DNA of 64,000 nucleotides from Rhina ancylostomus (Eukaryota): the NCBI GenBank assembly GCA_030265395.1, contig JARFYF010000074.1, positions 66,214,295 through 66,278,294 on the forward strand, read 5' to 3'. Of the stretch, positions 63,081-64,000 are shown piece by piece. Made by a program: the position numbers and the translations under genes. The notes below the pieces were generated by a model, which was not told the origin of the DNA, searched no databases, and worked only from the letters and a program-made list of their open reading frames with translations. Within the stretch, counting starts at the first letter, position 1, and every line of letters begins with the position of its first letter.

Positions 63081-63594
63081 GATCAAGTGTATAAGTGCAT
63101 CAATTAATAAAACAAATAAAAATAGCTGAAGGATGAATTAAAAAAAGATCATCCAACTTCGAGGCACAACAGGCTTTTTGACAGTAACATGTGTTGAGTA
63201 AATGGTAAGAATGTTAGGTAAGTAATTATTGAGTTATGAATGCCAAAGAAAATACTGCATATTTACAACCAGAATTAGACAGAGTCTGGGCATAAAGCAA
63301 ATATTTGCCTTAAAAGATTGTGGCAACTTGGGTGTGTTTTAAAAAAAAATCCCAACCTAAATGAGGTTCTTCACTCTTTAACGTCCAACCACTGATCCTT
63401 GATTCTGAACCTTTAAGAGATCCACACCCATGCCAGTGTACTGCCAATGTGAATTTCTTACAGGTACATTGGTTAAAATTGATGTTAAACTATGCTCAGA
63501 ATTTGGGCACAGTGGGAAATATTATCTTGTGTTTTTTTTTGTCATTTTATTTCTTGTATGGAAGCTTTTTAGATTTTCCTCATTGACTGGGTTT

Positions 63595-63950
63595 GTTTTC
63601 CTTGGTGTGAAGGGGTTTGAAGGAAGGACCTGATAGAGGTGCTCAAAATCATGAGAGGCACAGACAGGGCAGTTAATAGGAAACTTTTCCACATTGTAGA
63701 GTTGTCTAAAACTAAAGGGCATAGGTTTAGGGTAAGAGGTCTGCAAGGCATCTGAGGGTGGCTGGAATCTTGAACGCACCGCCTGTGGGTGGTGGAGTCA
63801 GTGACTCTCATAACATTTAAGAAGTATCTAGACAAACAATTAAGTAGGTAAGGCATAATCAGCTACCAACCAGGTACTGGGTCATGGGATGAGTAGAGAT
63901 GGGAACAATGGTCAGCATGGACATGTTGGGCCAAAGTTGTGCTGTTGAAT
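63595..63950 (+). mobile_element. Old CR1 3' fragment
   Basis: ttgttttccttgg..aggtttga..gacctgatagaggtgctcaaaatcatgagaggc; tggtcagcatggacatgttgggcc. Confidence 0.85.
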
Positions 63951-64000
63951 TGTGACTTATACGCCTTACCCATCCATAACTCCTGGTATAAATTGAAAAT

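Overview
This is vertebrate genomic DNA: AT-rich, CpG-depleted, with about 20 N-gaps. The repeat content (CR1, L2, Rex1, HE1/V-SINE, Deu-type SINE, Penelope) points to a cartilaginous fish, by inference. No intact protein-coding gene is recognisable, and the window is mostly layered transposon relics. These include several CR1 LINEs, three Gypsy pol remnants, several Harbinger/PIF nuclease and Myb-partner remnants, and a decayed R2-clade retrotransposon with no 28S rDNA around it. There are four copies of a ~414-bp TG...CA solo-LTR family; three have visible 5-bp TSDs. About eight Penelope-derived 3' termini carry minimal hammerhead-ribozyme cores, including a tandem double-hammerhead insertion with a 17-bp TSD and a fold-back insertion with a 15-bp TSD. 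Non-repeat signals are weaker: a possible minus-strand chain of short exons ending at 12279, a small CpG-rich patch near 42.1-42.3 kb, and a CTCF-like site near 35.09 kb. All family assignments come from motif recognition by eye, not database searches, and most repeat boundaries are approximate.
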